Source: Bacteroidia bacterium
GTDB lineage: Bacteria > Bacteroidota > Bacteroidia > NS11-12g > UBA9320
Direction: 5' to 3'
Length of the DNA stretch: 63,296 nt
NCBI GenBank assembly: GCA_047614125.1
Contig: JBLHHI010000001.1
Location: 1 to 63,296 of the forward strand
Shown here: positions 27,169 to 36,628 of the stretch, piece after piece
How positions within the stretch are numbered: the first letter of the stretch is position 1
How the letters are laid out: each line of letters opens with the position of its first letter
Program-made: the position numbers and the translations under genes
Notes under the pieces: generated by a model
Databases searched by the model: none
What the model was told of the DNA's origin: nothing
Seen by the model: the letters and a program-made list of their open reading frames with translations, nothing else

Positions 27169-27609
27169 TTATTTCTCTAAGGTAGATTTTATGTACAACT
27201 TTTCAATGCGATTGATTGGGAGTTGACAAAATTGCTCATGGCAGCTTACACAAGCCTTAACACTTTGATTATATGCACGTTGCCTCTCACTTCCTAAAGC
27301 ACTTTTTAGAGCCAACATGGATTCGGTATACGCGGTTGCAAATGTCGTATATGTATCATCAATCGTGCCTTTGATGGTGGGCTGAGCAGTAATCAACAAC
27401 TCATAGGCTTTTGGATAGCTTAACTGAATTTCTTCGGCCAATATTTGTGCCTTAATCACCTGATCTTCAAGCTCCATCGTGCGCATCAACAGAGCCAGTT
27501 CTGAAGCTACGTACATGTCCGGTTTTTCTTGTTTGGACGGCGATTTCGAACAACTAAACAAGAACGCGAGGGCACCTGCTACTAGAATTTTATTACGCAC
27601 AACAGTCAT
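27169..27609 (-). CDS. Lipoprotein with a single C-terminal CxxCH heme-attachment motif (class II cytochrome c-like)
   Basis: 146 aa. It has the lipobox LFSC and a helical-looking body. CVSCH lies 26 residues from the C-terminus. Its ATG overlaps the upstream stop (TAATG). Confidence 0.6.
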   Translation of the reverse strand: MTVVRNKILVAGALAFLFSCSKSPSKQEKPDMYVASELALLMRTMELEDQVIKAQILAEEIQLSYPKAYELLITAQPTIKGTIDDTYTTFATAYTESMLALKSALGSERQRAYNQSVKACVSCHEQFCQLPINRIEKLYIKSTLEK

Positions 27610-28094
27610 TAATCAATAAGTACACCTGTGGCAACAAACGAATACTCAACAAGGGGTTCAGTTATGGCTTCCATTTCTTCCTTCCCGGCTTCACGTTCAA
27701 CAGCGTGGTGGCGCTGTTGCTCTACGCTTATGGTTTGCATGAAGGCAGTTCCTTCCACCACGGCAGTCCGTTCTGAGCTATTCTTAGGAACAAAGAATCC
27801 ATAGTCTTTAAAACGTACCCGAATCATTTTTCCATCCGACATGGCAAGTCCCATCCAACAACCCTTGGTTTGACAAACTTGTGAAATCGTACCCGTCAAC
27901 TTGGTTTGAACAGAATCACGCGCCTCTAATAGGGAGGGTAACGAGTCGCACGGAATGGCGTGTTCAGCTGAAATTGTAGAATCCCCAAAGATTCCAAATG
28001 GCGTGGTTGACCCTTCTTTTGAGCTTTGATTACATCCAACAAATCCAACAAAGAATGTGCTGATAATCAGGATGATAGCGAATTTATTTTTCAT
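27609..28094 (-). CDS. DUF4920-like lipoprotein
   Basis: 161 aa. It has the lipobox FVGC and the segments CQTKGCWM and VRFKDYGFFVP typical of that family. Confidence 0.65.
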   Translation of the reverse strand: MKNKFAIILIISTFFVGFVGCNQSSKEGSTTPFGIFGDSTISAEHAIPCDSLPSLLEARDSVQTKLTGTISQVCQTKGCWMGLAMSDGKMIRVRFKDYGFFVPKNSSERTAVVEGTAFMQTISVEQQRHHAVEREAGKEEMEAITEPLVEYSFVATGVLID

Positions 28095-28097
28095 ATT

Positions 28098-28730
28098 TTA
28101 AACGTGTGATAATTCAATGCTGTGTTTGCAAAATTGATGTTCTCGAGAAATATTACTTCCTATTATTACTGTGGTTTCTTTAGGCAAATGTAAAATCAAT
28201 TCTTCGTACCAAGTAAAGCCTGCTTCATCAAGATTGGAGCAAGGTTCATCAAGAATTAAAACTTCAACTTGCGAAGCAAAGGCCAGAACCAGTTTCAGAC
28301 GCTGTTTCATTCCACTTGAGAACAAGCCCAGTTGTTTTTTATATTGGGCCTCTAAGCCGGCCTTTTCTAACATTATGTTGAGATCAATTTCTTTTCGCAT
28401 CGTTTTTAAGCTAAAATGAAGATCGATCATTTCTTTCATGGTAAACTCATCCATGAGTTCGAAGTAGGGGGCGGCCATTGCCATACGTTGATGCCACGAA
28501 AATGGCTCAAGTACTTGATTGTCTGATATTTGCTCCCATAAAATGGTTCCGTTTGAAGCACTTACATAGCCCGTGATTATTTTTATTAAGGTGGATTTAC
28601 CAATGCCATTGGGGCCCAAAATGGCGGTTGAAGAACCGGGGAGGAATTCGATATTGAGATTTTTAAATAGCCACTTATTTTGGTAGCGTTTCGCTACGTT
28701 CTGCAACCGAATTGTGATGTTTGAAGACAT
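28098..28730 (-). CDS. ABC transporter ATP-binding protein (no adjacent permease)
   Basis: 210 aa. It has Walker A GPNGIGKST, signature FSSGMKQR and Walker B LILDEP. Confidence 0.8.
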   Translation of the reverse strand: MSSNITIRLQNVAKRYQNKWLFKNLNIEFLPGSSTAILGPNGIGKSTLIKIITGYVSASNGTILWEQISDNQVLEPFSWHQRMAMAAPYFELMDEFTMKEMIDLHFSLKTMRKEIDLNIMLEKAGLEAQYKKQLGLFSSGMKQRLKLVLAFASQVEVLILDEPCSNLDEAGFTWYEELILHLPKETTVIIGSNISREHQFCKHSIELSHV

Positions 28731-28737
28731 GTTGCGC

Positions 28738-29520
28738 TTAGCGGGATAAGAAACCCTTCATAATTCCGCGATCCGAACTTTTAATGAAACTAATTATTTC
28801 ATCGCGTTCGCGTGTGGCCGGCATTTCCGCTTCAATTTTAGCTAAAGCCTTCGCATTGTTCAAACCGCGCAAATAGAGCATTCGATATATTTCTTGAATC
28901 TCAGATATTTTTTCTGGAGAATATCCTCTTCTTCGTAAACCTATGGAGTTAACTCCTTCATACGAAAGGGGTTCTCGTGCAGCCTTGGTAAATGGAGGAA
29001 CATCCTTTCGTACCAAACTTCCACCGCTAACCATAACGTGATCGCCAATTTTAACAAACTGATGAACGGCAGATAATCCACCTATTATGGCAAAGTTGTT
29101 GATTTCAACATGTCCGGCCAGTTGAACGGAATTTGCCAATACAACATTATCGCCAATGATGCAATCGTGCGCAACGTGCACATAGGCCATCAGCAAGCAG
29201 CTATCACCGATCTTAGTAGTACGAGTTGCATAGGTGCCGCGATTTATCGTAACACATTCACGAATGGTTACATTATCGCCGATTAAAACGGTAGATTCTT
29301 CGCCATCAAACTTTAAATCCTGTGGTATTGCGGATATTACAGCACCTGGGAAAATGCGACAGTTTTTGCCGATTCGCGCTCCTTCCATGATGGTAACATT
29401 CGAGCCAATCCAGGTTCCTTCACCAATGGTTACATTTTTGTGGACGGTTACGAAGGGTTCAATTACCACATTATTGGCAATTTTGGCTTCTGGATTTACG
29501 TATGCTAGCGGTTGTATCAT
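28738..29520 (-). CDS. lpxA: Acyl-ACP--UDP-N-acetylglucosamine O-acyltransferase
   Basis: 260 aa. It has left-handed beta-helix hexapeptide repeats plus a helical C-terminal domain. It sits in lpxD-lpxC/fabZ-lpxA order. Confidence 0.92.
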   Translation of the reverse strand: MIQPLAYVNPEAKIANNVVIEPFVTVHKNVTIGEGTWIGSNVTIMEGARIGKNCRIFPGAVISAIPQDLKFDGEESTVLIGDNVTIRECVTINRGTYATRTTKIGDSCLLMAYVHVAHDCIIGDNVVLANSVQLAGHVEINNFAIIGGLSAVHQFVKIGDHVMVSGGSLVRKDVPPFTKAAREPLSYEGVNSIGLRRRGYSPEKISEIQEIYRMLYLRGLNNAKALAKIEAEMPATRERDEIISFIKSSDRGIMKGFLSR

Positions 29521-29539
29521 TTCGGCAAAAGTAGCTGAA

Positions 29540-30946
29540 TTATTTATTTTCTACGATTTGTGCCATCATGTTGGCTTCACTTACTAATCGATCTCCAACA
29601 TATGCCTCTCCATGCATTAAACAAAGACCTCTTCGAATGGGGGCAGTAAGTTCCATTTTAATTAGGAGTGAATCTCCTGGAACAACTTTTCCCTTAAATT
29701 TTGCACTTTCTATTTTAACAAAATATGTGCTCCAAGCCGCTGGATTTTCTTTGTCGTGCAATACCAATACGCCACCTGCTTGCGCCATGGCTTCCAGTTG
29801 CAACACCCCGGGCATTAAAGGCTCGCCTTGAAAGTGGCCTTGAAAAAAGTATTGATCACCCGTAATATTCTTAACGGCTAAAATAGAGGTTTCATTAATT
29901 TGGATAATCTTGTCGACCAATAAAAAAGGGAACGTATGGGGCAAAATCTTTTCGATTTGCTGATAATTAAATACGGGCTCAAGATTTGGATCGTATTTCG
30001 GAATGTTCATGGTGCGTTGAACCTCTTTCCGCGTTTTAAGCATGATTTTTCGAATTTTTTTTGCAAAGGCTACATTGGCCGCATGTCCAGGCCGTGCAGC
30101 CATAATCTGAGCTTTTAACGGCATGCCAATCAAGGCTAAATCACCAATCATATCCAGCAACTTGTGCCGAGCTGGCTCATTTTGAAACCGCAGTTCGACG
30201 TTGTTCAAAATGCCTTCCTTTTTAACTTCTACCTTCGGCTTGTTAAAGAGTTTGGCCAGTGATTCCAGCTCATCATCTTTAATTACTCGGTCAACAATTA
30301 CAATGGCGTTGTTAAGATCGCCACCTTTTATTAAGTTGTTGTCTACCAACATCTCCAACTCGTGCAAAAAGCAAAATGTTCTACAGCTTGATATTTCTTG
30401 ATCAAATTCTGAAATGCTGGTAATCGAGGCATGTTGCGAGCCCAAAACCGGTGAGTTGTAATCGATCATTACCGTTAATCGGTAATCATCGAGTGGCATG
30501 GCCACCATTTCAACTCCACGATCTTCTTCGGCATACGATATGTTATGAGGAACAACAAAGTACTCTCGTTCTTTAGTCTGTTGTTTAATACCAACCTTTT
30601 TCAACAATTCTACAAAAGGCTTGGAAGATCCATCCATAATTGGAGTTTCGGCAGCATCCAGTTGAATGAGAACGTTGTCTATTTCCAAACCAACTAAGGC
30701 GGCAAGTACATGTTCGACGGTATAAATACGTGCTCCGTTTTGTTCGAGGGTAGTGCCTCTCGACACATCAATTACGTAATCAACCAATGCATCAACAATG
30801 GGTTGCTCTTCTAAATCAACCCGCTGAAACTTGTAGCCGTGATCTACCTCGGCCGGCTTAAAGGTCATGTTAACCTTTTGACCAGTGTGAAGTCCAACAC
30901 CTGAGACTGTTAGTGCCTCATTTATAGTGGTTTGAAGTTTTTCCAT
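29540..30946 (-). CDS. lpxC/fabZ: Bifunctional UDP-3-O-acyl-GlcNAc deacetylase / 3-hydroxyacyl-ACP dehydratase
   Basis: 468 aa. An N-terminal LpxC domain (GVGLHTG, HVLAAL) is fused to a C-terminal FabZ hotdog domain (FFQGHF, PGVLQLEAMAQ). This fusion is typical of Bacteroidota. Confidence 0.92.
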   Translation of the reverse strand: MEKLQTTINEALTVSGVGLHTGQKVNMTFKPAEVDHGYKFQRVDLEEQPIVDALVDYVIDVSRGTTLEQNGARIYTVEHVLAALVGLEIDNVLIQLDAAETPIMDGSSKPFVELLKKVGIKQQTKEREYFVVPHNISYAEEDRGVEMVAMPLDDYRLTVMIDYNSPVLGSQHASITSISEFDQEISSCRTFCFLHELEMLVDNNLIKGGDLNNAIVIVDRVIKDDELESLAKLFNKPKVEVKKEGILNNVELRFQNEPARHKLLDMIGDLALIGMPLKAQIMAARPGHAANVAFAKKIRKIMLKTRKEVQRTMNIPKYDPNLEPVFNYQQIEKILPHTFPFLLVDKIIQINETSILAVKNITGDQYFFQGHFQGEPLMPGVLQLEAMAQAGGVLVLHDKENPAAWSTYFVKIESAKFKGKVVPGDSLLIKMELTAPIRRGLCLMHGEAYVGDRLVSEANMMAQIVENK

Positions 30947-30950
30947 GTCC

Positions 30951-31994
30951 TTACTTTCCTTCTTTATTCTCTTTAATTTGCTTTTCGAGCTTATTTACTC
31001 GATCCTGTAAATCAGGCAGTTTCCGATATACCACTTGTGTTCTAAAGGCATCTTTTAACGGCATTACTGGGCTTCCGAACAATTGCGTATCCTCATTTGT
31101 AACAGATTTCATCAACCCGCTTTGTGCAGCAATTTGAGTGCCTTTGGCAATTTTCAAGTGTCCGGCAAAACCAACCTGTCCGCCAATAACACATTGCTCA
31201 CCTAAAACGGTACTGCCAGAAATGCCCGACTGCGAAGCCATAACGGTATTCTTACCCACCTCTACATTGTGAGCAATTTGAATCAAGTTATCCAATTTTA
31301 CACCACTGCGTATAATTGTGCTACCTAAGGTTGCTCGATCTATAGTGCAATTGGCACCAATTTCAACCCAATCCTCAATAATCACATTGCCAATTTGCGG
31401 AATTTTTATGTAGGTTCCATCCTTTTGGGGGGCATGTCCGAAGCCGTCCGAACCAATTACAGACCCAGAATGCACGATGACATTATTTCCCAATTCGCAT
31501 TCGTAGTAAACGCTCACATTGGCGTAAACTATGGTATCCGACCCAACTTGAACGGAATCACCAATGTAGGTATTCGGGTAAATTTTTGTGTTGTCTAAAA
31601 TGCTAACATCTGATCCGATGTAGGCATTTGCGCCAATGTACACATTTTTTCCAAGGGTTGCACTTTCTTCAACAACGGCGCTTGGATGAATCCCGGTTTT
31701 GTGTTTGGCTGGATTGAAAAAGGCATTGAGAACTTTGCAAAAGGCGAGGTAAGGGTCTTCAACGCGAATAAAAGTTTTGCCTGCACCTGGTTTGCCGGCC
31801 TGAACGTGACTTACCAAAATAACATTGGCATCCGTGGTATTTAAAAACGCCTCATATTTTGGATTCGCCAAAAAAGTAAGACTGTTCTCGAAGCTCTGAT
31901 CGATTTTAGAAAGGAATTCAAAATCTGCGTTCACTTCCCCTTCCAGCTTTCCTGATAAAAATGCTGCTATTTCTTGTACTGAATGCGCTGCCAC
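30951..31994 (-). CDS. lpxD: UDP-3-O-(3-hydroxyacyl)glucosamine N-acyltransferase
   Basis: 347 aa with a GTG start. It has long hexapeptide repeats and a C-terminal coiled-coil. Confidence 0.9.
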   Translation of the reverse strand: MAAHSVQEIAAFLSGKLEGEVNADFEFLSKIDQSFENSLTFLANPKYEAFLNTTDANVILVSHVQAGKPGAGKTFIRVEDPYLAFCKVLNAFFNPAKHKTGIHPSAVVEESATLGKNVYIGANAYIGSDVSILDNTKIYPNTYIGDSVQVGSDTIVYANVSVYYECELGNNVIVHSGSVIGSDGFGHAPQKDGTYIKIPQIGNVIIEDWVEIGANCTIDRATLGSTIIRSGVKLDNLIQIAHNVEVGKNTVMASQSGISGSTVLGEQCVIGGQVGFAGHLKIAKGTQIAAQSGLMKSVTNEDTQLFGSPVMPLKDAFRTQVVYRKLPDLQDRVNKLEKQIKENKEGK

Positions 31995-32021
31995 ACTACC
32001 TCATTTTGGGCAAAGGTATGA

Positions 32022-33245
32022 TTATTTTGGTGTACAAATAAAATACTTTACCACGTCCTGTTTTCGGCTGCTAAAATTGTAATTATCAGAAGCTTTCGAC
32101 AGCTCGATCAACTCGCCGTTTTTGCGTTTAATCATTATATTATTTGTGCTGGTTTGGTATGCTTTATTAGCTGCTTTGCCAACGTAAATAAAGTAGTTAA
32201 CTTCCTCTTCATCAAGGTTTAGCAAATACATAACACGCTTTTTTTCACCTTCGATGTACTCTGCAGTAAAAGGCTTTGTTTGAAGGGTGGTTTTAAATAA
32301 TTTTCGTTGTATTAATGAGCAACAAAGCAGCGATAGAATGGAATCATCAGATCCTTGCCAACTCTTTATCGACGAGTGAATATCTGCATCATCCAACTGA
32401 CTAAATATTGTTAAAACTTCCGGCTTTTTCAGTGCCGCTTTATCCACTTCATATTCAAGAAAATATCTGAGGTTTGGAGGAACAAACAAATTAGATCCTG
32501 TTTGCAATAGCAAACGAACACGCTTAAAAATGTTGAGTAAGACCGCATCAGCAGCCAAGGCGGTTTTGTGGAAATACACTTGCCAATACATCAAACGTCT
32601 GGCCATAATAAACTTCTCTACCGAATAGATCCCTTTTTCATCAATAACCAATTGATCATCCACCACATTAAGCATCTGAATGATTCGTTCAAGGCCAACA
32701 ATTCCTTCTGATACTCCGGTGTAAAAGCTATCTCTGGTTAGATAATCCAATCGGTCTGTATCCAACTGACTGGAAACGAGTTGGTGTAAGAACCGTTTTT
32801 GATAGCTTCCTTTAAATATTTCAATGGCCATGGTCAACTTGCCATCAAACTCTTTGTTTAATTGATTCATAAAAAGCCCAGAAACGTATTCGTGCGGAAC
32901 CTCGTGAAGAATGGAATGCTCTAAAACATGTGAAAACGGCCCATGACCAATGTCGTGAAGCAAGATGGCCGTTTTGGCTGCAGACGCTTCCTCTTCCAAA
33001 ATTTCAACTCCCTTATCGCGCAAAACATCAATTGCTCTAGACATTAAATGCATGGCTCCCAAAGCATGATGAAACCGCGTGTGCATAGCACCGGGGTAAA
33101 CCAAATGGGTTAACCCAAGTTGTTTAATGTTGCGCAAACGCTGAAAATACGGATGTTCCACCACATCAAAAATGCACCCTTCATCTATTTGTATGAATCC
33201 ATAGATTGGATCGTTTATGATTTTAATCTTCTTTCGCTGCATCAA
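32022..33245 (-). CDS. HD-domain phosphohydrolase
   Basis: 407 aa. It has RFHHALG ... LLHDIGHGPFSH (the HD motif). Confidence 0.85.
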   Translation of the reverse strand: MMQRKKIKIINDPIYGFIQIDEGCIFDVVEHPYFQRLRNIKQLGLTHLVYPGAMHTRFHHALGAMHLMSRAIDVLRDKGVEILEEEASAAKTAILLHDIGHGPFSHVLEHSILHEVPHEYVSGLFMNQLNKEFDGKLTMAIEIFKGSYQKRFLHQLVSSQLDTDRLDYLTRDSFYTGVSEGIVGLERIIQMLNVVDDQLVIDEKGIYSVEKFIMARRLMYWQVYFHKTALAADAVLLNIFKRVRLLLQTGSNLFVPPNLRYFLEYEVDKAALKKPEVLTIFSQLDDADIHSSIKSWQGSDDSILSLLCCSLIQRKLFKTTLQTKPFTAEYIEGEKKRVMYLLNLDEEEVNYFIYVGKAANKAYQTSTNNIMIKRKNGELIELSKASDNYNFSSRKQDVVKYFICTPK

Positions 33246-33275
33246 TTGGCAAATTTACTACATACCATTCTCTAG

Positions 33276-33308
33276 AACCTGAGTTCGTTCAATCTTTTAA
33301 AATCCAAA
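33276..33308 (+). repeat. Solo copy of the ~33-nt AACCTGAGTTCG...AATCTTTT repeat family
   Basis: AACCTGAGTTCGTTCAATCTTTTAAAATCCAAA matches 57020-57052 at 28/33 positions by eye. It lies in the divergent HD-gene/porX intergenic region. Confidence 0.6.
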
Positions 33309-33440
33309 ATATTATTTAAACTTTGGTCTAGACGTTAAACTCAAGGTGTTTAACCTTTTTTTCAATCATTTAACCTTCGTTTGCAATATCAAAACGAATA
33401 TTGCAGTTCAGAGTATTCATAATAAACACTGTAAATAGAT

Positions 33441-34994
33441 ATGCAAGATATACAACTCCTTTGGGCCGACGACGAGATCGAATTGTTAAAGCCACACATC
33501 ATTTTTCTTGAGGCAAAGGGATATAAGGTAGATACCGTTAACAACGGATTAGACGCAATTGAGAAAATTACAGAAAAGCGATACGATCTTGTGTTCTTGG
33601 ATGAAAATATGCCTGGTATTTCTGGCCTCGATGCGCTGAAACAAATTAAAGAGTTAAAGGAAGATATTCCAGTGGTGATGATTACCAAGAATGAGGAGGA
33701 GCACATCATGGAGGACGCCATAGGTTCCAAAATTGAAGACTACTTAATAAAGCCTGTAAAGCCCACTCAAATCTTGCTGTGCATAAAGCGAATCATAGAC
33801 AATAAGCGTTTAGTAACGCAAAATGTGACGGTTCGGTATCAGCAGGAGTTTCGCAACATCATGATGTCGTTGATGGATAATTTGAGTTTCGATGAGTGGA
33901 AAGCCTTGTACAAAAAAGTAGTGTACCACGAAATTGAGATTCAGCGAAGTAACGAAACAGGCATGGAAGAAGTTTTGGAAACGCAAAAAGGAGAGACCAA
34001 CCGAGAATTTTCGAAATACATCCAAAAAAACTATGTAGACTTTTTGGACTACGACAATAAAGATGCTCCCGTTATGTCGCATACTTTAATGCACAAATCC
34101 ATCTTGCCCATGGTTGGAAAGGGAGCTCCGGTTTATATGTTCTTGATTGACAATCTTAGATTTGATCAATGGAAGTTTATACAACCTCTTATTGCTCAAA
34201 TGTTTACTGTAGAAAAAGAGGATATGTATTTGAGCATACTTCCAACTACAACTCAATATTGCCGAAACAGCATTTTTGCTGGACTGCTTCCATTGGATAT
34301 ATCAAAGCGTTTTCCAAATAAGTGGAGTAATGATGAAGATGAAGGAGGTAAAAACCTTCATGAAAACGATTTTCTTTTGGATTTGCTGAGTCGACTGAGA
34401 ATGGACATTAAGACTTCATATACCAAGGTGGTTCATTTAAATCAGGGTAAAGCTTTGGTGGATGACATTCCAAATATGGAAGACAATGACTTAAATGTAA
34501 TCGTTTACAACTTCGTTGACACCCTATCGCATGCGCGAACCGACAATAAAGTGATGCGTGAGCTAGCAGAAGACGAAGCGGCTTATAGATCGCTTACTTT
34601 GAGTTGGTTTGAACACAGCCCGTTGTACGATGCACTGAAGCGAATTTCTGAGAAAAAAGGAACTGTAATCATCACAACAGATCACGGTTCGGTTAAGGTA
34701 ACCGATCCTGTTAAAGTGATTGGAGATCGTAAAACAACCACCAATTTGCGTTATAAAACAGGCAGAAATCTTGACTTTAATAAAAAAGATGTTTTCATGA
34801 TTAAAGATCCAGAAAAAGCTGGGTTGCCCGTTCAACACTTAAGTTCCAGCTTCATTTTTTGTCGCAACTCTGATTTTTTTGTTTATCCCAACAATTTAAA
34901 TCATTATGCCAAATATTATAAAGACACCATTCAGCATGGCGGCATTAGCATTGAAGAGATGATGATTCCATTTATTACGCTAAAATCAAAGTAA
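33441..34994 (+). CDS. porX: PorX-type response regulator (receiver + PglZ/alkaline-phosphatase-superfamily domain)
   Basis: 517 aa. It has an N-terminal receiver (LLWADDE ... FLDENMPGISG) followed by a PglZ-like domain (FVDTLSHAR, TTDHGS). Confidence 0.8.
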   Translation: MQDIQLLWADDEIELLKPHIIFLEAKGYKVDTVNNGLDAIEKITEKRYDLVFLDENMPGISGLDALKQIKELKEDIPVVMITKNEEEHIMEDAIGSKIEDYLIKPVKPTQILLCIKRIIDNKRLVTQNVTVRYQQEFRNIMMSLMDNLSFDEWKALYKKVVYHEIEIQRSNETGMEEVLETQKGETNREFSKYIQKNYVDFLDYDNKDAPVMSHTLMHKSILPMVGKGAPVYMFLIDNLRFDQWKFIQPLIAQMFTVEKEDMYLSILPTTTQYCRNSIFAGLLPLDISKRFPNKWSNDEDEGGKNLHENDFLLDLLSRLRMDIKTSYTKVVHLNQGKALVDDIPNMEDNDLNVIVYNFVDTLSHARTDNKVMRELAEDEAAYRSLTLSWFEHSPLYDALKRISEKKGTVIITTDHGSVKVTDPVKVIGDRKTTTNLRYKTGRNLDFNKKDVFMIKDPEKAGLPVQHLSSSFIFCRNSDFFVYPNNLNHYAKYYKDTIQHGGISIEEMMIPFITLKSK

Positions 34995-35019
34995 TTAAAA
35001 ACCTGAATATCAGTAAGTA

Positions 35020-35439
35020 ATGAAAAAATTTACTGCATCCACATCCAATGACTTGTTTGCAGTTGTTCAGTATGTAGTTGAGCAACTTGAGTCGAAAAAC
35101 TTGGTGCTTCTTACGGGAGGCTTAGGGGCAGGAAAAACCACCTTAATAAAACAAATTTGTCGAGAACTTGGGGTAGAGTCGAGCATGGCAAGCCCCAGTT
35201 TTGGATTGATTAATGAATATGAAACCAACCAAGGTTTAATAGTTCATCACCTCGACTTATACCGTCTAAATGAAGTGCAAGAAGTTTTGGATATTGGCTT
35301 GCTGGAAATACTCGATATGGAAAGACCATGCTTCATCGAGTGGCCCGAAATAGCATCCGAAATATTACAGGATTATGAGCCATTACATGTGCGAATAGCC
35401 ATGGAATTAGACGGCCGAAGAACTATCTTTGTAGAATGA
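35020..35439 (+). CDS. tsaE: tRNA t6A37 biosynthesis ATPase TsaE
   Basis: 139 aa. It has the P-loop GGLGAGKTT and HLDLYRL. Confidence 0.85.
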   Translation: MKKFTASTSNDLFAVVQYVVEQLESKNLVLLTGGLGAGKTTLIKQICRELGVESSMASPSFGLINEYETNQGLIVHHLDLYRLNEVQEVLDIGLLEILDMERPCFIEWPEIASEILQDYEPLHVRIAMELDGRRTIFVE

Positions 35440-36593
35440 GATTTGGGTGGTTGGTACTATTTTTCTTGGCGTCGCAAGCTGGTGCTCAAACCCTTCCCAA
35501 AAATTCAAAAATTACCTCCGAACTTTCTAAATCCACCAACGCAATTGAACATCTAAAGGATCTTGAAAAATTAGGTCCAAAAATGGTTGGAAACATCGGA
35601 CTTGATAATACAGCAGCCTTTCTTCAACAGGCGTATTTAAACCTCGGCTATTCATCATCAGAAATCGAGATGGATACCTTTACGCAATCAGGGCAACAGC
35701 TTGTTAATGTGATTGTTACGAAAAAAGGTCTCCTCGATGATTACATCATTATTTGCGCGCATTATGATACCAAAAATGGAATCGGAATTAACGATAACGG
35801 AACCGGTGTTGCCGCCACTTTAGCACTGGCCAGGACCATGGCAAAGCTTTCATCCACTCGTACGATAAAATTTATAAACTTTACCGCAGAAGAACCGGGA
35901 TATTGGGGTGCCAGCCGTTATGTGGGCAATCAATTAAAATCCACTCAAGGCAAGCTCTATATGTTACTCAATCTCGACCAACTTGGAGGCACAGCTGGAG
36001 GTACTGAGAACAACTTTATCTATTGTGAGCAGGACGAAATTCAGGAACCAAATTCAAACAACGCTTTGTCGCATCGAATAACCGATACGTTGATGATGCT
36101 TTGCAGAACCTATACATCATTAACACCTGTGTTAACCAACGTTGAACTTAGTGATTACATACCATTTCAGGAAGTGGGAGAGGTGGTTACAGGAATTTAT
36201 CAGTACGGCAATTACCCATTTTACCACACCGATCGCGATAGTCTAAAAAACGTCGACACCACTTCATTTAAGGAAGTTATTAAGCTCTGCATGGCCGCAA
36301 CCCTGTATTTTGGTCGGGTTCCAGGTTTTGTTCATATTGAAAGAATTGAACAAGCTATTGTGACAATTTATCCAAATCCAGCGCAACACTCCGTTACCGT
36401 TCATACGAGCAATTTTCAAAAACCTTTGGAATACTCAGTATATTCGGCTAATGGTCAATTAGTTATGGCTGGGAAACTCCAAGATACTAAAACAACCGTA
36501 GCGCTTAAGAATTTAAATACAGGAATGTATCATGTAACATTTGTTGGCGACAACGGTGAATATTTCTGGCAAAGGTTGGTTGTGCTTGATTAA
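35436..36593 (+). CDS. M28 family aminopeptidase with a T9SS C-terminal sorting domain
   Basis: 385 aa. It has AHYDT, NDNGTGVA and FTAEEPG metal-ligand contexts. The C-terminal tail is VTIYPNPAQHSVTV ... GMYHVTF. It overlaps tsaE by 4 nt. Confidence 0.8.
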   Translation: MRFGWLVLFFLASQAGAQTLPKNSKITSELSKSTNAIEHLKDLEKLGPKMVGNIGLDNTAAFLQQAYLNLGYSSSEIEMDTFTQSGQQLVNVIVTKKGLLDDYIIICAHYDTKNGIGINDNGTGVAATLALARTMAKLSSTRTIKFINFTAEEPGYWGASRYVGNQLKSTQGKLYMLLNLDQLGGTAGGTENNFIYCEQDEIQEPNSNNALSHRITDTLMMLCRTYTSLTPVLTNVELSDYIPFQEVGEVVTGIYQYGNYPFYHTDRDSLKNVDTTSFKEVIKLCMAATLYFGRVPGFVHIERIEQAIVTIYPNPAQHSVTVHTSNFQKPLEYSVYSANGQLVMAGKLQDTKTTVALKNLNTGMYHVTFVGDNGEYFWQRLVVLD

Positions 36594-36628
36594 TACTATT
36601 TTCGCCCACTCAAATTCACAAATCAAGT

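Noticed and set aside
29234-29587. 117-aa forward-strand ORF antisense to lpxA
   Set aside because: This is the typical open antisense frame of hexapeptide-repeat genes, and lpxA on the reverse strand is unambiguous.
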